A stretch of DNA of 64,000 nt from positions 32,001 to 96,000 of the forward strand of contig CAWCKW010000013.1 of NCBI GenBank assembly GCA_963796285.1, in the 5' to 3' direction. The notes beneath the pieces are model-generated. The model had not been told where the DNA came from. It saw only the letters and a list, made by a program, of their open reading frames with translations, and searched no databases. The DNA comes from Nitrospirota bacterium (GTDB lineage Bacteria > Nitrospirota > UBA9217). Of this stretch, positions 19,664 through 30,330 are shown piece after piece. Both the position numbers and the translations under genes were made by a program. Every line of letters begins with the position of its first letter. Position 1 is the stretch's first letter.

Positions 19664-22600
19664 ATGGTTGTATCAAGACGGGACTTTATCAAGATATCAG
19701 GCAGCACGGTTTTGCTCGGGTCTCTTGGTATAAACCTTGATCCGGCCCGGGCATACGCCCAGGGCCTCAGGATCAAAGATGCCAAGGTGACAAATACGAT
19801 CTGTCCCTACTGCGCCGTGGGATGCGGCATCCTCGTCCACACGAAAGATGGAAAGGTCATAAACACCGAGGGCGACCCTGATCATCCGATAAGTGAGGGC
19901 ACGCTTTGCTCGAAAGGATCATCGCTGTATCAGATCATTAATAATCCCCTGAGGCTCACGAAACCCAAATATCGCGCAGCCGGCGCCACGGAATTCAAGG
20001 AAGTGGAATGGGATTGGGCGCTCGACGAGATCGCCAAGCGCGTTAAAGACACGCGCGACCGGACCTTCAAGCTCACCTCCAAGTCGAAGGTGAAAGAAAA
20101 ACAACCGGACGGTACTGAAACGGATGTAGTAAAGGACTTCGTCGTAAACAGGACCGATGGCATCGCTCATGTGGGCAGTGCGGCACTGGACAACGAAGAA
20201 TGCTACATGCTCCAGAAGATGCTCAGGTCCTGGGGCCTGGTATATATCGAACACCAGGCGCGCATTTGACACTCCGCAACTGTAGCGGCTCTGGGAGAGT
20301 CGTTCGGGCGCGGTGCAATGACAAATCACTGGATCGATATCAAGAATGCTGATGTAATTCTCGTAATGGGGAGCAATCCCGCATCGAACCACCCCATTTC
20401 CATGAAATGGGTCATGAAGGCAAAGGAAAATGGCGCGAAGCTGATCGTCGTAGACCCCCGCTTCACACAGACCGCTGCAAAGGCCGATGTGTACGCAGCC
20501 ATGCGCTCCGGCACGGACATAGCCTTCCTCGGCGGGATGATCAAGTACATCATCGACAACAATCTCATTTTTTCGGAATACGTGGTCAAGTATACCAATG
20601 CCCCCTTCCTCGTGAATCCCGATTTCAAGGGCCCCGCCGAATTGAACGGCCTGTATTCAGGCTATGATGAAAAAACCAGAAAATACGATAAAAAGACCTG
20701 GTCGTTCCAGATGGACGAGAACGGCGTCCCGAAAAAGGACCCGACGCTCAAAGATCCCGAACTGCGTATACCAGCAAATGAAGAAACATTACTCCCGCTA
20801 CACCCTCGACAAGGTTTCGAGCATCACGGGTACTCCCAAGGAGAAGCTGGTCGAGGTCTACAAACTCTATGCCTCGACAGGCAAGCCGAACCGGGTCGGG
20901 CACCGAGCTCTATGCCATGGGCTGGACCCAGCACACCATCGGCACCCAGAACATCCGGGCCATGACCATCATCCAGCTCCTGCTCGGCAACATGGGGATG
21001 GCAGGCGGCGGCATCAATGCGCTGCGCGGCGAGAGCAATGTCCAGGGGTCGACGGACCACGGGCTGCTGTTCAATGTCCTTCCGGGTTATCTGCCGACGC
21101 CCTCAGCGTCCCTTGTCGACCCTGCCGGCCTACATCGAGAAATTCACGCCCAAGACCAAGGAACCGAAGAGCGTGAACTGGTGGGCCAACCGGGGCAAGT
21201 ACATCACGAGTTATCTTAAGGCTATCTACGGCAACAAGGCTCAAAAAGACAATGATTTCGGTTATGCCTGGCTGCCGAAAATCGACGAAGGCATGAATGC
21301 TTCGTGGCTCATGCTGTTCGACAAAATGAACGATGGCCAGTTCGAAGGGTTCTTTGCCTGGGGCCAGAACCCTGCCTGTTCCGGCGCAAATTCGAACAAG
21401 ACCAGATCATGCCCTTGCTAAGCTCAAGTGGATGGTCAACATCAACCTCTTTGACAACGAGACCGGGTCGTTCTGGAAGGGACCGGGCATGGACCCAAAG
21501 AATATTCAGACCGAGGTCTTCCTGCTTCCCGCAGCTTCCTCCGTTGAAAAGGAAGGCAGCCTCTCGAACTCGGGTCGATGGGCGCAATGGCGATATAAAG
21601 CCATAGATCCCATCGGCCAGTCCAAGCCGGACTCGGAGATCATGAACGAGCTTTACTTCAGGGTAAAGAGCCTGTACCGGAAGCAGGGCGGTAAATTCCC
21701 GGAGCCCATCGTGAACCTGACCTGGAACTACGGGGAAAAGGACGCTGCGGGCAAGATCAAGAGAAGTCAATATCCATAATGTGGCCAAGGAGATCAACGG
21801 ATACTACCTCGAGGATGTCTACGACAAGACCGCGACCCCGCCCAAGCTCCTCGGCAAGAAGGGCGAGCTCTGCGCGTCCTTCGTGCATCTGCAGGCCGAC
21901 GGCACGACCTCCTGCGGGTGCTGGATCTACTCACAGAGCTACACACAGAAAGAAGGCAAGATCATCAACATGATGGCGCGTCGTGACAACAAGAACGACC
22001 CCACGGGCCTCGGCCTGTATCCCGGATGGGCGTGGGCCTGGCCGGTCAACAGAAGGATCATCTACAACCGCGCCTCCGTCGACCCCCAGGGAAAGCCCTG
22101 GGACCCGAAACGCGCGGTCATCAAATGGGACCCGGTCAAACTGGATGCTGCAAGCAAGAAACCGGGTACGTGGGTGGGAGATGTGCCCGACGGGCCTGCA
22201 CCGCCCATGGCCACGGAAAAAGGCAAGCTGCCCTTTATCATGATGGCCACCGGCGTGGGCGCCCTGTTCGGCCCCGGCCTCGCAGACGGCCCCTTCCCCG
22301 AGCATTACGAGGCACTGGAATGCCCGCTCGAGGAAAACTCCATGTCCAAACAGCGGATCAATCCCACGATCAAGCTCTTCGGGGATAAGGAAGATGCTTT
22401 CTTCTCCTGTGATGTGCGGTATCCCTTCGTGGCAACGACCTACCGGACATCCGAGCACTGGCAGACCGGCGTCATGACAAGGCATGAACCCTGGCAGCTC
22501 GAGATGCAGCCGCAGCAGTTCGTGGAAATGAGCGAAGAGCTGGCAAAAGAAAAGAACATCAGGAATGGAGACAAGGTGACGGTGAAGTCAGGCCGCGGCG

Positions 22601-22818
22601 AGATCTGGGCAATTGCCATGGTCACGGGCCGGTTCAAGCCCTTCAAGATAGCCGGGTCGACCGTCCACCAGGTAGGGCTCCCCTGGTGCTTCGGCTGGCA
22701 GTATCCCGAGGGCGGCGGCGGCGGCGACAGCGCGAACCTGCTCACACCAACAGTCGGCGATGCCAATACCATGATACCCGAATCCAAGGCCTTCATGGTC
22801 AACATCGTGAAGGCATAG
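19664..22818 (+). CDS. fdnG: formate dehydrogenase alpha subunit (Mo/W-bisPGD, selenocysteine), with five +1 frameshifts
   Basis: Tat SRRDFIK, CPYCAVGC, HQARI-TGA-HSATVAALGESFGRGAMTNHW, ALRGESNVQG; removing 5 bases gives 1050 codons. Confidence 0.95.
20267..20304 (+). promoter_or_regulatory. Sec UGA codon and SECIS hairpin
   Basis: in-frame TGA at 20267-20269; GCGGCTCT-GGG-AGAGTCGT stem at 20285-20303. Confidence 0.85.
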
Positions 22819-22828
22819 GGGGAAGATT

Positions 22829-23596
22829 ATGACGACAACACCGAATAGAAAAGCATTGCTCGTCTCTCCGGAGCTGTGTATCGGGTGCAGGGGTTGCCAG
22901 ACCGCATGCAAAAGCTGGAACCAGTTGCCCGGCCAGATGACGAAAAATACGGGGACCTATCAAAACCCTCCGGACCTGGAACCATCAGCGTACAATATCA
23001 TACGGTACAGCGAGGTGCCGTCCGAGACAAATGCAGTGCGCTGGCTCTTTGTCAGCCGCAGGTGCATGCACTGCGACGATGCGGGATGCATGAAGATCTG
23101 TCCTGCACCGGGCGCTCTCTACAAGACCCCGGAAGGTGCCGTGGCGTTCAATAAGGACAAATGCATCGGCTGCAAGCTCTGTGTCGCGGGCTGTCCATTT
23201 GACGTGCCCAGGTACGATGCGCAGGACAAGATCGGGAAATGTGATCTCTGCGCGGGCCGCATCGCTGAAGGGCTCTCCCCTGCCTGCGCAAAAACCTGCC
23301 CCACCGGCGCGCTCAGGTTCGGGGACCGTGATGGACTGATAGCTGCGGCTAAAAAAGCGGGCTATCAAACAGTATATGGCGAGGCTGACTTGAGCGGACT
23401 GGGCACGCTCTATGCGTTCAAAGATGCGCCGAAACTTTACGGCATGAACGAGAATCCCGCGATCCCGGAAAGCGTCGTCTTTTGGCACAAGGTGCTTAAA
23501 CCCCTGTCGGTTATCGGTCTCGGCGGCGTTGTTGCCGCCGCGCTGATCCACTATGCTGCAGTCGGTCCGCACAAAGATGATGAGGAGGTGAAATAA
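22829..23596 (+). CDS. fdnH: formate dehydrogenase Fe-S subunit
   Basis: CIGCRGCQTAC, CMHC..C..CP, CIGCKLCVAGCP, CDLC..CAKTCP; C-terminal TM. Confidence 0.92.
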   Translation: MTTTPNRKALLVSPELCIGCRGCQTACKSWNQLPGQMTKNTGTYQNPPDLEPSAYNIIRYSEVPSETNAVRWLFVSRRCMHCDDAGCMKICPAPGALYKTPEGAVAFNKDKCIGCKLCVAGCPFDVPRYDAQDKIGKCDLCAGRIAEGLSPACAKTCPTGALRFGDRDGLIAAAKKAGYQTVYGEADLSGLGTLYAFKDAPKLYGMNENPAIPESVVFWHKVLKPLSVIGLGGVVAAALIHYAAVGPHKDDEEVK

Positions 23597-23597
23597 G

Positions 23598-24206
23598 ATG
23601 GCTGAGATGGTGAAAAAAGCTACAACCGAAGAGATCATCAATCACTGGATCATGGCGATCAGCTGTATCGTGCTGATCATTACGGGGTATGGTTTCCTGT
23701 TCAAGATCGAGCAGATCTATGCTCTCTTTGGAAGCAATAGCACGATGAAAGTTGTACACAACTGGGCCGGCGTTGTGTTCATCCTGTCTCTCTTCGCAAC
23801 CATGTTCAACTATCTTGGTGAAGCATTGACCTACGATGCCGATGACTGGCAATGGATTAAGGTCGGCGGAGGATATCTTTCCAGGGGGCACGTCAAAAGC
23901 CCGCCCATGGGAAAATTGAACACCGGCCAGAAGCTCTATTATCTTGCGATCCTGATCGCGGGGTTCGGTATTGCGGCTTCCGGCCTTGCCATCTGGCTTA
24001 TGCCCGGTACCAGGACGCTGACGCTCGCCTCCCACCTGGTGCATAATCTGGCCTTTATTCTTTTCATCGTTGCCGTGCCGGCCCATATCTACCTCGGCAC
24101 GCTTGCGAACCCGGGGACCTTCAGGATCATGCTCGATGGCATGGTCCCGATGGAGCTCGCAATGAAGAGATATCCGAAATGGATGAAGCAGATCGGGAAG
24201 AGGTAA
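23598..24206 (+). CDS. fdnI: formate dehydrogenase cytochrome b subunit
   Basis: INHW, VHNWAG, GKLNTGQKLYY, conserved His residues. Confidence 0.9.
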   Translation: MAEMVKKATTEEIINHWIMAISCIVLIITGYGFLFKIEQIYALFGSNSTMKVVHNWAGVVFILSLFATMFNYLGEALTYDADDWQWIKVGGGYLSRGHVKSPPMGKLNTGQKLYYLAILIAGFGIAASGLAIWLMPGTRTLTLASHLVHNLAFILFIVAVPAHIYLGTLANPGTFRIMLDGMVPMELAMKRYPKWMKQIGKR

Positions 24207-24262
24207 GAATATCCTTCATCTCCCCCTCAAGGATGACGGAGGTGGGAAACTTCAAGAAATGC

Positions 24263-24301
24263 AAAACCCTGTCTTTAACTGTGGAGACAGGGTTATTGTT
24301 T
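24263..24301 (+). terminator. likely terminator after fdnI
   Basis: AACCCTGTCT...AGACAGGGTT followed by a T-rich tail. Confidence 0.65.
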
Positions 24302-24472
24302 AAACGTTTTCCGTATGGCGCACGCCGTTCTTGTTTGGAAACCAGTGGATATCATCGGGGAAATTGATATCGGACGATCACCATGTCAATACAGATGGAT
24401 AACTTGAACACTCCGTATCAATATCTCGAGTTTTGAATGCAGGACATTCACAATGTTGTCACTGGGGAACTG

Positions 24473-25651
24473 CTATGAGTATAAGCCTGATGCAATCGGT
24501 TCTCTTCTGTCTTTCCCACTTCTGACTATTCTCTGTCTCCGTTCGCGAGATCTATCTTCCGGCTCATTGAATCTTCTTCGATTTTCGTCTGATCTTCTAT
24601 CTGTCCGGACCCTGCGCTCGCTACTTAGTAATTCAAAGAGGTCCTCGATCATCTCGCGTCTTTTCTCAATAAGGATACTTTCATGCGCCGTTTCGGCGCG
24701 CATGTTCCTTGCTTTCAATTCAAAGTGATAACCCGAAATGAGTGAGACAAGGACCTGTTCGACCTGTGTGAAGAGCTCACTGTCCTCCTCGAAACTTCTA
24801 TTCTTTCTGATTTCCATCTTCGCCAGCCGAATATCCAGCTCGCGTACAATTCTTTTTGTTTGGTCGTAAATGGCTTCATACAAACCCGCCAGGGCATACA
24901 AGTCTTCCCTTACGAGAACCGACATTTCACTGGTAAGCAAGCTGAGATCCTGCTTTACGGTATCGAGGTACTGCCCTTCGACCGGACCTTGATGTGTCAC
25001 ATCCTCGAGATACTCCCTGAAGTCTTCTTCGATCTCCTCGATCAGCCGGCCTGCCATCTTCCCTGACATCTGGAGCTCCATGAGAATAACGATCGACGCT
25101 TCGCAGAGTTTCCCTATTTTCACCAGGTTGTACCTGACATACCTGGCGATGCTGCCCAGTTCTTTCGCTAACGCCACCCTGCGTTTCTCTTGTATTTCGA
25201 GCGTTCGCTTTCGCTCCTCAACCATATCTTCCAGTCTGTGAAGCTTAACCGCGTCTTTCTTCCTCTTCGGGTTAAGCGTGCTCATTTCTTCTTCGGCGGC
25301 CCTGATGAATGCCGCCGGTTTTTTGAAGTCGAGCAAAGTAAACCCGTGCACGTGGTATTTGTACAGCTCTACCTCGCGTTTGAGCACTGGATTGACAAAG
25401 TGAGAAAGGCTGAGAACACCATAGAACATTCTTTCCCGGAAATTATACAGCGAAGCGTTTATTTGCTTTTGACGCTCGATCGCTGTAACGCGTGCAAGCA
25501 AATCACGATACGCGGCCAGGTCGTCGTCGTGCCGTCCACGCTCGTCTTTCTTATTCGGGCTCTCGAGAAAGACCTTGAGCTCCGTTGGTGCAGGATACAG
25601 CGTTTCATCCGCCCCAAAACGAAGTCCAAAAATAGTTTTGTCTAATGCCAT
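24473..25651 (-). CDS. helical hypothetical protein with an Arg/Asp-rich (DRR) C-terminal tail
   Basis: 392-aa ORF; tail ERRVRTDRRSDENRRR...ERRQRIVRSGKDRR. Confidence 0.7.
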   Translation of the reverse strand: MALDKTIFGLRFGADETLYPAPTELKVFLESPNKKDERGRHDDDLAAYRDLLARVTAIERQKQINASLYNFRERMFYGVLSLSHFVNPVLKREVELYKYHVHGFTLLDFKKPAAFIRAAEEEMSTLNPKRKKDAVKLHRLEDMVEERKRTLEIQEKRRVALAKELGSIARYVRYNLVKIGKLCEASIVILMELQMSGKMAGRLIEEIEEDFREYLEDVTHQGPVEGQYLDTVKQDLSLLTSEMSVLVREDLYALAGLYEAIYDQTKRIVRELDIRLAKMEIRKNRSFEEDSELFTQVEQVLVSLISGYHFELKARNMRAETAHESILIEKRREMIEDLFELLSSERRVRTDRRSDENRRRFNEPEDRSRERRQRIVRSGKDRREPIASGLYS

Positions 25652-25923
25652 AGAAATACCTGCTGTGGTTACGCTTTGTATAAATCATGCGAAGCCAAAT
25701 TGGTCTACTATTTTAGTATTATATCACATATCTTGAACGTTTCAACGATCTTGTCGCCGAAGTAAATAAATTTCAGCGACACGTGGCAAAGGGCATAGGG
25801 GATGAGGTCAAGGGAGAAAATCAGTTAAATTTTACGTGGTTGGCGTGAAACGCTTGCGAGACGAAAAAAAATAAGGGACCGTTATTTAACAGCCCCCTTT
25901 TTTATGAGTTGTTGTTGAAAGAA

Positions 25924-26109
25924 CTATATCTCGGTGACAGTAATAGCCTGAGGCGGGCAGTTCTCAACGCAGGTCAGGCAGTTGATGCACTCGGACATAT
26001 TTACCGGCTCGGACTTCTCAGCTTGCAGCTGGAACACCTGCTGCGGGCAGACATTCACACAGGTGCCGCAGCCGTCGCACTTGTTCTTGTCCACTGTTAC
26101 CATATACAT
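25924..26109 (-). CDS. 2[4Fe-4S] ferredoxin
   Basis: CDGCGTCVNVCP and CINCLTCVENCP. Confidence 0.93.
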   Translation of the reverse strand: MYMVTVDKNKCDGCGTCVNVCPQQVFQLQAEKSEPVNMSECINCLTCVENCPPQAITVTEI

Positions 26110-26206
26110 GTAGCTTGTTTCCTCCTTCAGTTAAAATAAACTTCCCAAAACGCGCCATATTACCCGCCCCGAACGATAAAATCAAGTAAGAAATGAAATT
26201 CAAGAG

Positions 26207-26237
26207 AAAAAAAAGCCCACCCTGATTAGGGTGGGCT
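26207..26237 (-). terminator. terminator after dsrP
   Basis: AGCCCACCCT-AATC-AGGGTGGGCT plus a T-run on the minus strand. Confidence 0.85.
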
Positions 26238-26267
26238 CCGAATGCAATGTACTAAAATAACACTGTA

Positions 26268-27440
26268 TTAATGTTCTATCTCTATCCCTGCGGTCTCTTC
26301 CCTGACCGTTATCGCGATCTTGTAGAGCATGGACAGGACCAGGAACCCGATGGCCCAGATCCCAATAGTGATCATGGTCTCCGGCACGGTCGGCCAGTAG
26401 GTGTGTACCTCCTCAAAAGGATTCGGCACGAAACCACCGATGATCAATCCGAAACCCTTGTCTATCCACAAGGAGATAAACAGCATAATACAAGCCAGGG
26501 TAAGCAGCACTTCATTCTTCCGTATCGCCGGTACCCAAAGCATGAACAGCGATACCGCCGCGAAGACCGTTGAGGTCCACATGAGCGGAACAAGTTCGGT
26601 ATGGCCTTCAAGCCCCGTATACAGGTAGAGGAACGATTGTGCATGGCCTGGAATACCGCTGTAGAACGCGGTAAAGAATTCCAGTCCCAGGAAAAACACG
26701 TTCGCGAACATTGCATAGGCAACGATCCTGCCGACTGCCTGGATGGCCTCCTTGCCCACATCGAACTTGCTGATCTTGCGGACGATCAGAGCGAGGATGA
26801 TAAGCAAAGCCGGACCGCCGGCAAATGCCGAGGCCAGGAACCGAGCTGCCATGATGGCGCTGAGCCAGAAATGACGTCCCGGGATACCGGCATATAGAAA
26901 TGCCGTGACCGTGTGAATGCTGATGGCCCACGGGATCGAGAGATAGATCCAGGGTTTTATCCATTTCGGAGGGGCGATGCCCTTCCGATCTGAACCAAGG
27001 GTCACCCAGCCGACCAGAAGGTTGATAAACAGGTAGCCGTTCAGCACCACAGTGTCCCAGAACACCATCGCCGTCGGCGTGGGGTGCAGGAATATGTTCA
27101 CGACCCTCATGGGCTGACCCATGTCCGCCATGATGAAGAGAATGCACATGACCACCGCGGAAATCGCGAGAAACTCACCGAGGATCACGACCTTCGTAAA
27201 GGTCTTGTAATCGTGCAAATAGTGCGGGATGACCAGCATCACGGCCGAGGCGGCAACACCAACCAGGAACGTGAACTGGCCGATATACAGGCCCCACGTT
27301 ACATCCCGGTGAAGTCCGGTAAGCCCCAACCCGTAGGTAAACTGCTGGTAATAATAATACGCCCCCACCAGTGACAGGGCACCGAGAAACATGAGCCATG
27401 CCCAATATTTTTTACTCCCTACTAGCGCTTTCTCAAGCAT
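26268..27440 (-). CDS. dsrP: DsrP, NrfD-family membrane subunit
   Basis: VTWGLYI.QFTFLVGVAASAVM, ISIHTVTAFLY, ARFLASAF. Confidence 0.95.
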   Translation of the reverse strand: MLEKALVGSKKYWAWLMFLGALSLVGAYYYYQQFTYGLGLTGLHRDVTWGLYIGQFTFLVGVAASAVMLVIPHYLHDYKTFTKVVILGEFLAISAVVMCILFIMADMGQPMRVVNIFLHPTPTAMVFWDTVVLNGYLFINLLVGWVTLGSDRKGIAPPKWIKPWIYLSIPWAISIHTVTAFLYAGIPGRHFWLSAIMAARFLASAFAGGPALLIILALIVRKISKFDVGKEAIQAVGRIVAYAMFANVFFLGLEFFTAFYSGIPGHAQSFLYLYTGLEGHTELVPLMWTSTVFAAVSLFMLWVPAIRKNEVLLTLACIMLFISLWIDKGFGLIIGGFVPNPFEEVHTYWPTVPETMITIGIWAIGFLVLSMLYKIAITVREETAGIEIEH

Positions 27441-28284
27441 GCTCGCTCCCTCCTGCTCCTACGAGATAGTAAATGGCCGGGCCCGTGCCCAGGTCGGATT
27501 TGCGGCGTATCGTATACTGGTTTGTCACGATCTTCCTGACCTCGGAGTTCTGGTCTTCCATGTCTCCGAAGAGCAGGCCGCCCTTGGGCGCGGCCTCGAC
27601 GCATGCCGGCAGTTTGCCAAATGACAGCCGCTCGGTGCAGAAGGTACATTTTTCCACAACGCCTTTTGTTCGAGTCGGATACGCCTTGTTCTCATTCTTG
27701 ATGAACGGTTCCCCGTTTGGATTCGTGCCGCGGGGATCTCTCCAGTTGAAGCTCCGCGCCCCATAGGGACATGCAGCCATGCAAAATCGGCATCCGATGC
27801 AGCGATGCTCATCCTGCATCGTGATCCCGTCGGGGAGTTTGAATGTTGCCTTGGTGGGACAGACCCGCACGCACGGAGGGTTGTCGCAATGGTTGCACAA
27901 TACGAAAAAAGGCATCTCTTTCATGTGCTCACTCATATACTTATTGTCCTGGCCCGGGAAAGCGTGCTCGTACGCCGCCTGCCAGATCCACTTGATTTCG
28001 TCTTTCCTGTTTACGGACCCGTCCGCGTTCCGGTAATCGGGGACATTGTGTGTCTGATGGCAGGCCGAAATGACCTTCTTAACGTCTTCCTCGTTTGTAA
28101 ACTTGCTCATATCCACGACCATCGCCCATCGTTTCGCAACCAGCGCTTCAGGGTTGCGATTCACTTCTGACGGATCCAACCCTTTAGACCATATGTTATG
28201 CGTAGCTGACGCCACCGAAGCTCCGAACCCCAGGATGGAGGAAATACCGGCTATTTTAATGAACTGCCTTCTATCCATGCTCAT
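27433..28284 (-). CDS. dsrO: DsrO periplasmic Fe-S subunit
   Basis: Tat DRRQFIK, CNHCDNPPCVRVCP, CIGCRFCMAACPYGAR; ATGA overlap with dsrJ. Confidence 0.95.
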   Translation of the reverse strand: MSMDRRQFIKIAGISSILGFGASVASATHNIWSKGLDPSEVNRNPEALVAKRWAMVVDMSKFTNEEDVKKVISACHQTHNVPDYRNADGSVNRKDEIKWIWQAAYEHAFPGQDNKYMSEHMKEMPFFVLCNHCDNPPCVRVCPTKATFKLPDGITMQDEHRCIGCRFCMAACPYGARSFNWRDPRGTNPNGEPFIKNENKAYPTRTKGVVEKCTFCTERLSFGKLPACVEAAPKGGLLFGDMEDQNSEVRKIVTNQYTIRRKSDLGTGPAIYYLVGAGGSEHA

Positions 28285-28709
28285 GATTTTGCCTCCTCCT
28301 TCTCTACTGGCTGGATGTGGCAATCCCAGCAATACGGCTTTACCGACATATAGGTGTGACATTCATCACAGAACTTCTTCTTGTTGGAATGGCACGTCAT
28401 GCAACCGTTCTGAAGGCTCATGTTGAACCGTTTATGGTTCGCATTGCTGATGTAGCCGCGATTATAGTCGCGAACCACGGAATCACGCCAGTTGTTCAGA
28501 AGCTGCATGTGCTCCGTTCGCATGAATTCCTTGGACTCCACGCACTCCTTCTTGCCGTTCAGCTTTTCCCATTCCTGGATCGCGGGTGTATCGACTTTCG
28601 GTTCAGGCTTGGCATTAACCTTCCCGATGTTGAAATAGAACGGGAAAGTCGCAAATGCCAGAAAAACCATCAAGCCGATGAATATTTTACCGCTATCATA
28701 GAGTTTCAT
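28281..28709 (-). CDS. dsrJ: DsrJ triheme cytochrome c
   Basis: three CxxCH motifs; HMQLLNNWRDSVVR. Confidence 0.95.
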   Translation of the reverse strand: MKLYDSGKIFIGLMVFLAFATFPFYFNIGKVNAKPEPKVDTPAIQEWEKLNGKKECVESKEFMRTEHMQLLNNWRDSVVRDYNRGYISNANHKRFNMSLQNGCMTCHSNKKKFCDECHTYMSVKPYCWDCHIQPVEKEEAKS

Positions 28710-30328
28710 TAGGCTTTTTCCTCCTTCACCTGGGCTGACGGAAGAGGCTCGCCCCGCAGATCGGTCGTCCGTTCTTTCTCGCCCGTCATGATGAGAGCGT
28801 TGGCCACAAGCTCATGGAGACCGCACACCCCCACGCTGGGGACCCAGTATTCCATCAGGGCCTTGAGCGTAGCCCGGTCAATGGCGCAAACGTTGCCGAG
28901 CATATTCACGCCATAGTGGTCTGCGACAAACTTGACCGCGTTCGCCCGGGGAAATCCGCCCTTCATTCTGAGATCCATGTCTTCCGAAGCATTCAAGCCC
29001 GTGCCGCTGCCGCAGCAGAAGGTCTTTTCGCGGATGGTATCTTCCGGCATTTCCGTGAAATGATTGCACACGCTCTTGAGCACGTACCGCGGTTCATCGA
29101 GCAGGCCCATGCCACGCGCGGTGTTACAGGAGTCGTGCCAGGTGAGGTGCAGGTGATCGTTGCGCTTTGGATCCAGTTTGAGTTTGTTGTTCTTGATTAG
29201 GTCGGCCGTAAATTCGGCGACATGCACCATTTTCATCGATTTTGCATTTTCGAAAACCGTGCCGGTGATCGGGGACTTCGGGACTTCCAGAAAATCAGCA
29301 GGACCGTTCCAGGTGTCCATATACTGGGAAAGAACACGCCACATGTGACCGCACTCTCCGCCAAGGATCCACTTCACACCGAGACGCTTGGCTTCGGCAT
29401 AGATCTTGGAATTAAGCCGCTTTCCCATTTCGTTCGAGGTGAAGAATCCGAAGTTGCCTCCCTCGGAAGCGTAAGTGCTCCAGGTATAGTCAAGCCCCAG
29501 TTCCTCGAACAGCATGAGGTATCCCATGCACGTGTATGTACCGGGATCGGCAAACAGGTCGCCCGACGGTGTCACGAACAGGATCTCTGCGCCCTTCCGG
29601 TTGAACGTGGGCTTGATCCTTTTGCCCGTAATGGTCTCGATGTCGTCAAGCATGTATTCGAGGTTGCCGACGATCGTGTGTGGTTCGAGGCCCAAATGGT
29701 TGCCCTTCATGTAGCAGTTCGAGACCGGCCCCGCGATCCACTCGATGTTCAGGCCGAGCAGATTGAGGAGTTCTCGCCCGATCATGGTGATTTCCGCCTG
29801 GTCGATGCCGTAAGGGCAGAAGACCGAGCAGCGGCGGCACTCGGTGCACTGGTAGAAATAGTACCACCACTCCTTCAGTACATCGAGCGTGAGTTCGCGC
29901 GCTCCCGCCATCGATCCGAAGATCTTGCCCGCAAGGGTGTATTCTTTTCGATAGACCGAACGAATGAGCTCGGCCCTGAGCACCGGCATGTTCTTTGGAT
30001 CGCCGGTTCCGATGAAGAAGTGGCACTTGTCGGCGCAGGCGCCGCAGCGCACGCAGATGTCCATGAAGAGCCGGAAGGACCGGTACTTTTCGAGGCGCTC
30101 CGCGATCCCATCGAGCAGGATCTGCTTCCAGTTCTCGGGCAGTTTCCAGTCCGCGTCCGCAGGCCGCCAATCCCGGGGGTTCGGAAAACCGACGATCTCG
30201 AGGCTTTTCGGCTTCGATCCATGACAGAACATGCCCTCTTTGAACACAACGGGCGTATCCATCCACCCCGTTTTCGGCGGAGTGTAATCTATCTTTGACA
30301 GTTCTTCTGGCTTCGGAAGTTTTGCCAT
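28709..30328 (-). CDS. dsrK: DsrK, HdrD-like Fe-S subunit
   Basis: CVRCGACADKCH, CTECRRCSVFCP, GECGH, HDSC, CCG. Confidence 0.97.
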   Translation of the reverse strand: MAKLPKPEELSKIDYTPPKTGWMDTPVVFKEGMFCHGSKPKSLEIVGFPNPRDWRPADADWKLPENWKQILLDGIAERLEKYRSFRLFMDICVRCGACADKCHFFIGTGDPKNMPVLRAELIRSVYRKEYTLAGKIFGSMAGARELTLDVLKEWWYYFYQCTECRRCSVFCPYGIDQAEITMIGRELLNLLGLNIEWIAGPVSNCYMKGNHLGLEPHTIVGNLEYMLDDIETITGKRIKPTFNRKGAEILFVTPSGDLFADPGTYTCMGYLMLFEELGLDYTWSTYASEGGNFGFFTSNEMGKRLNSKIYAEAKRLGVKWILGGECGHMWRVLSQYMDTWNGPADFLEVPKSPITGTVFENAKSMKMVHVAEFTADLIKNNKLKLDPKRNDHLHLTWHDSCNTARGMGLLDEPRYVLKSVCNHFTEMPEDTIREKTFCCGSGTGLNASEDMDLRMKGGFPRANAVKFVADHYGVNMLGNVCAIDRATLKALMEYWVPSVGVCGLHELVANALIMTGEKERTTDLRGEPLPSAQVKEEKA

Positions 30329-30330
30329 GA

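Noticed and set aside
20267-20269. Apparent stop splitting fdnG
   Set aside because: Falls at the conserved Sec/Cys ligand position with a downstream SECIS-like hairpin; recoded, not a stop
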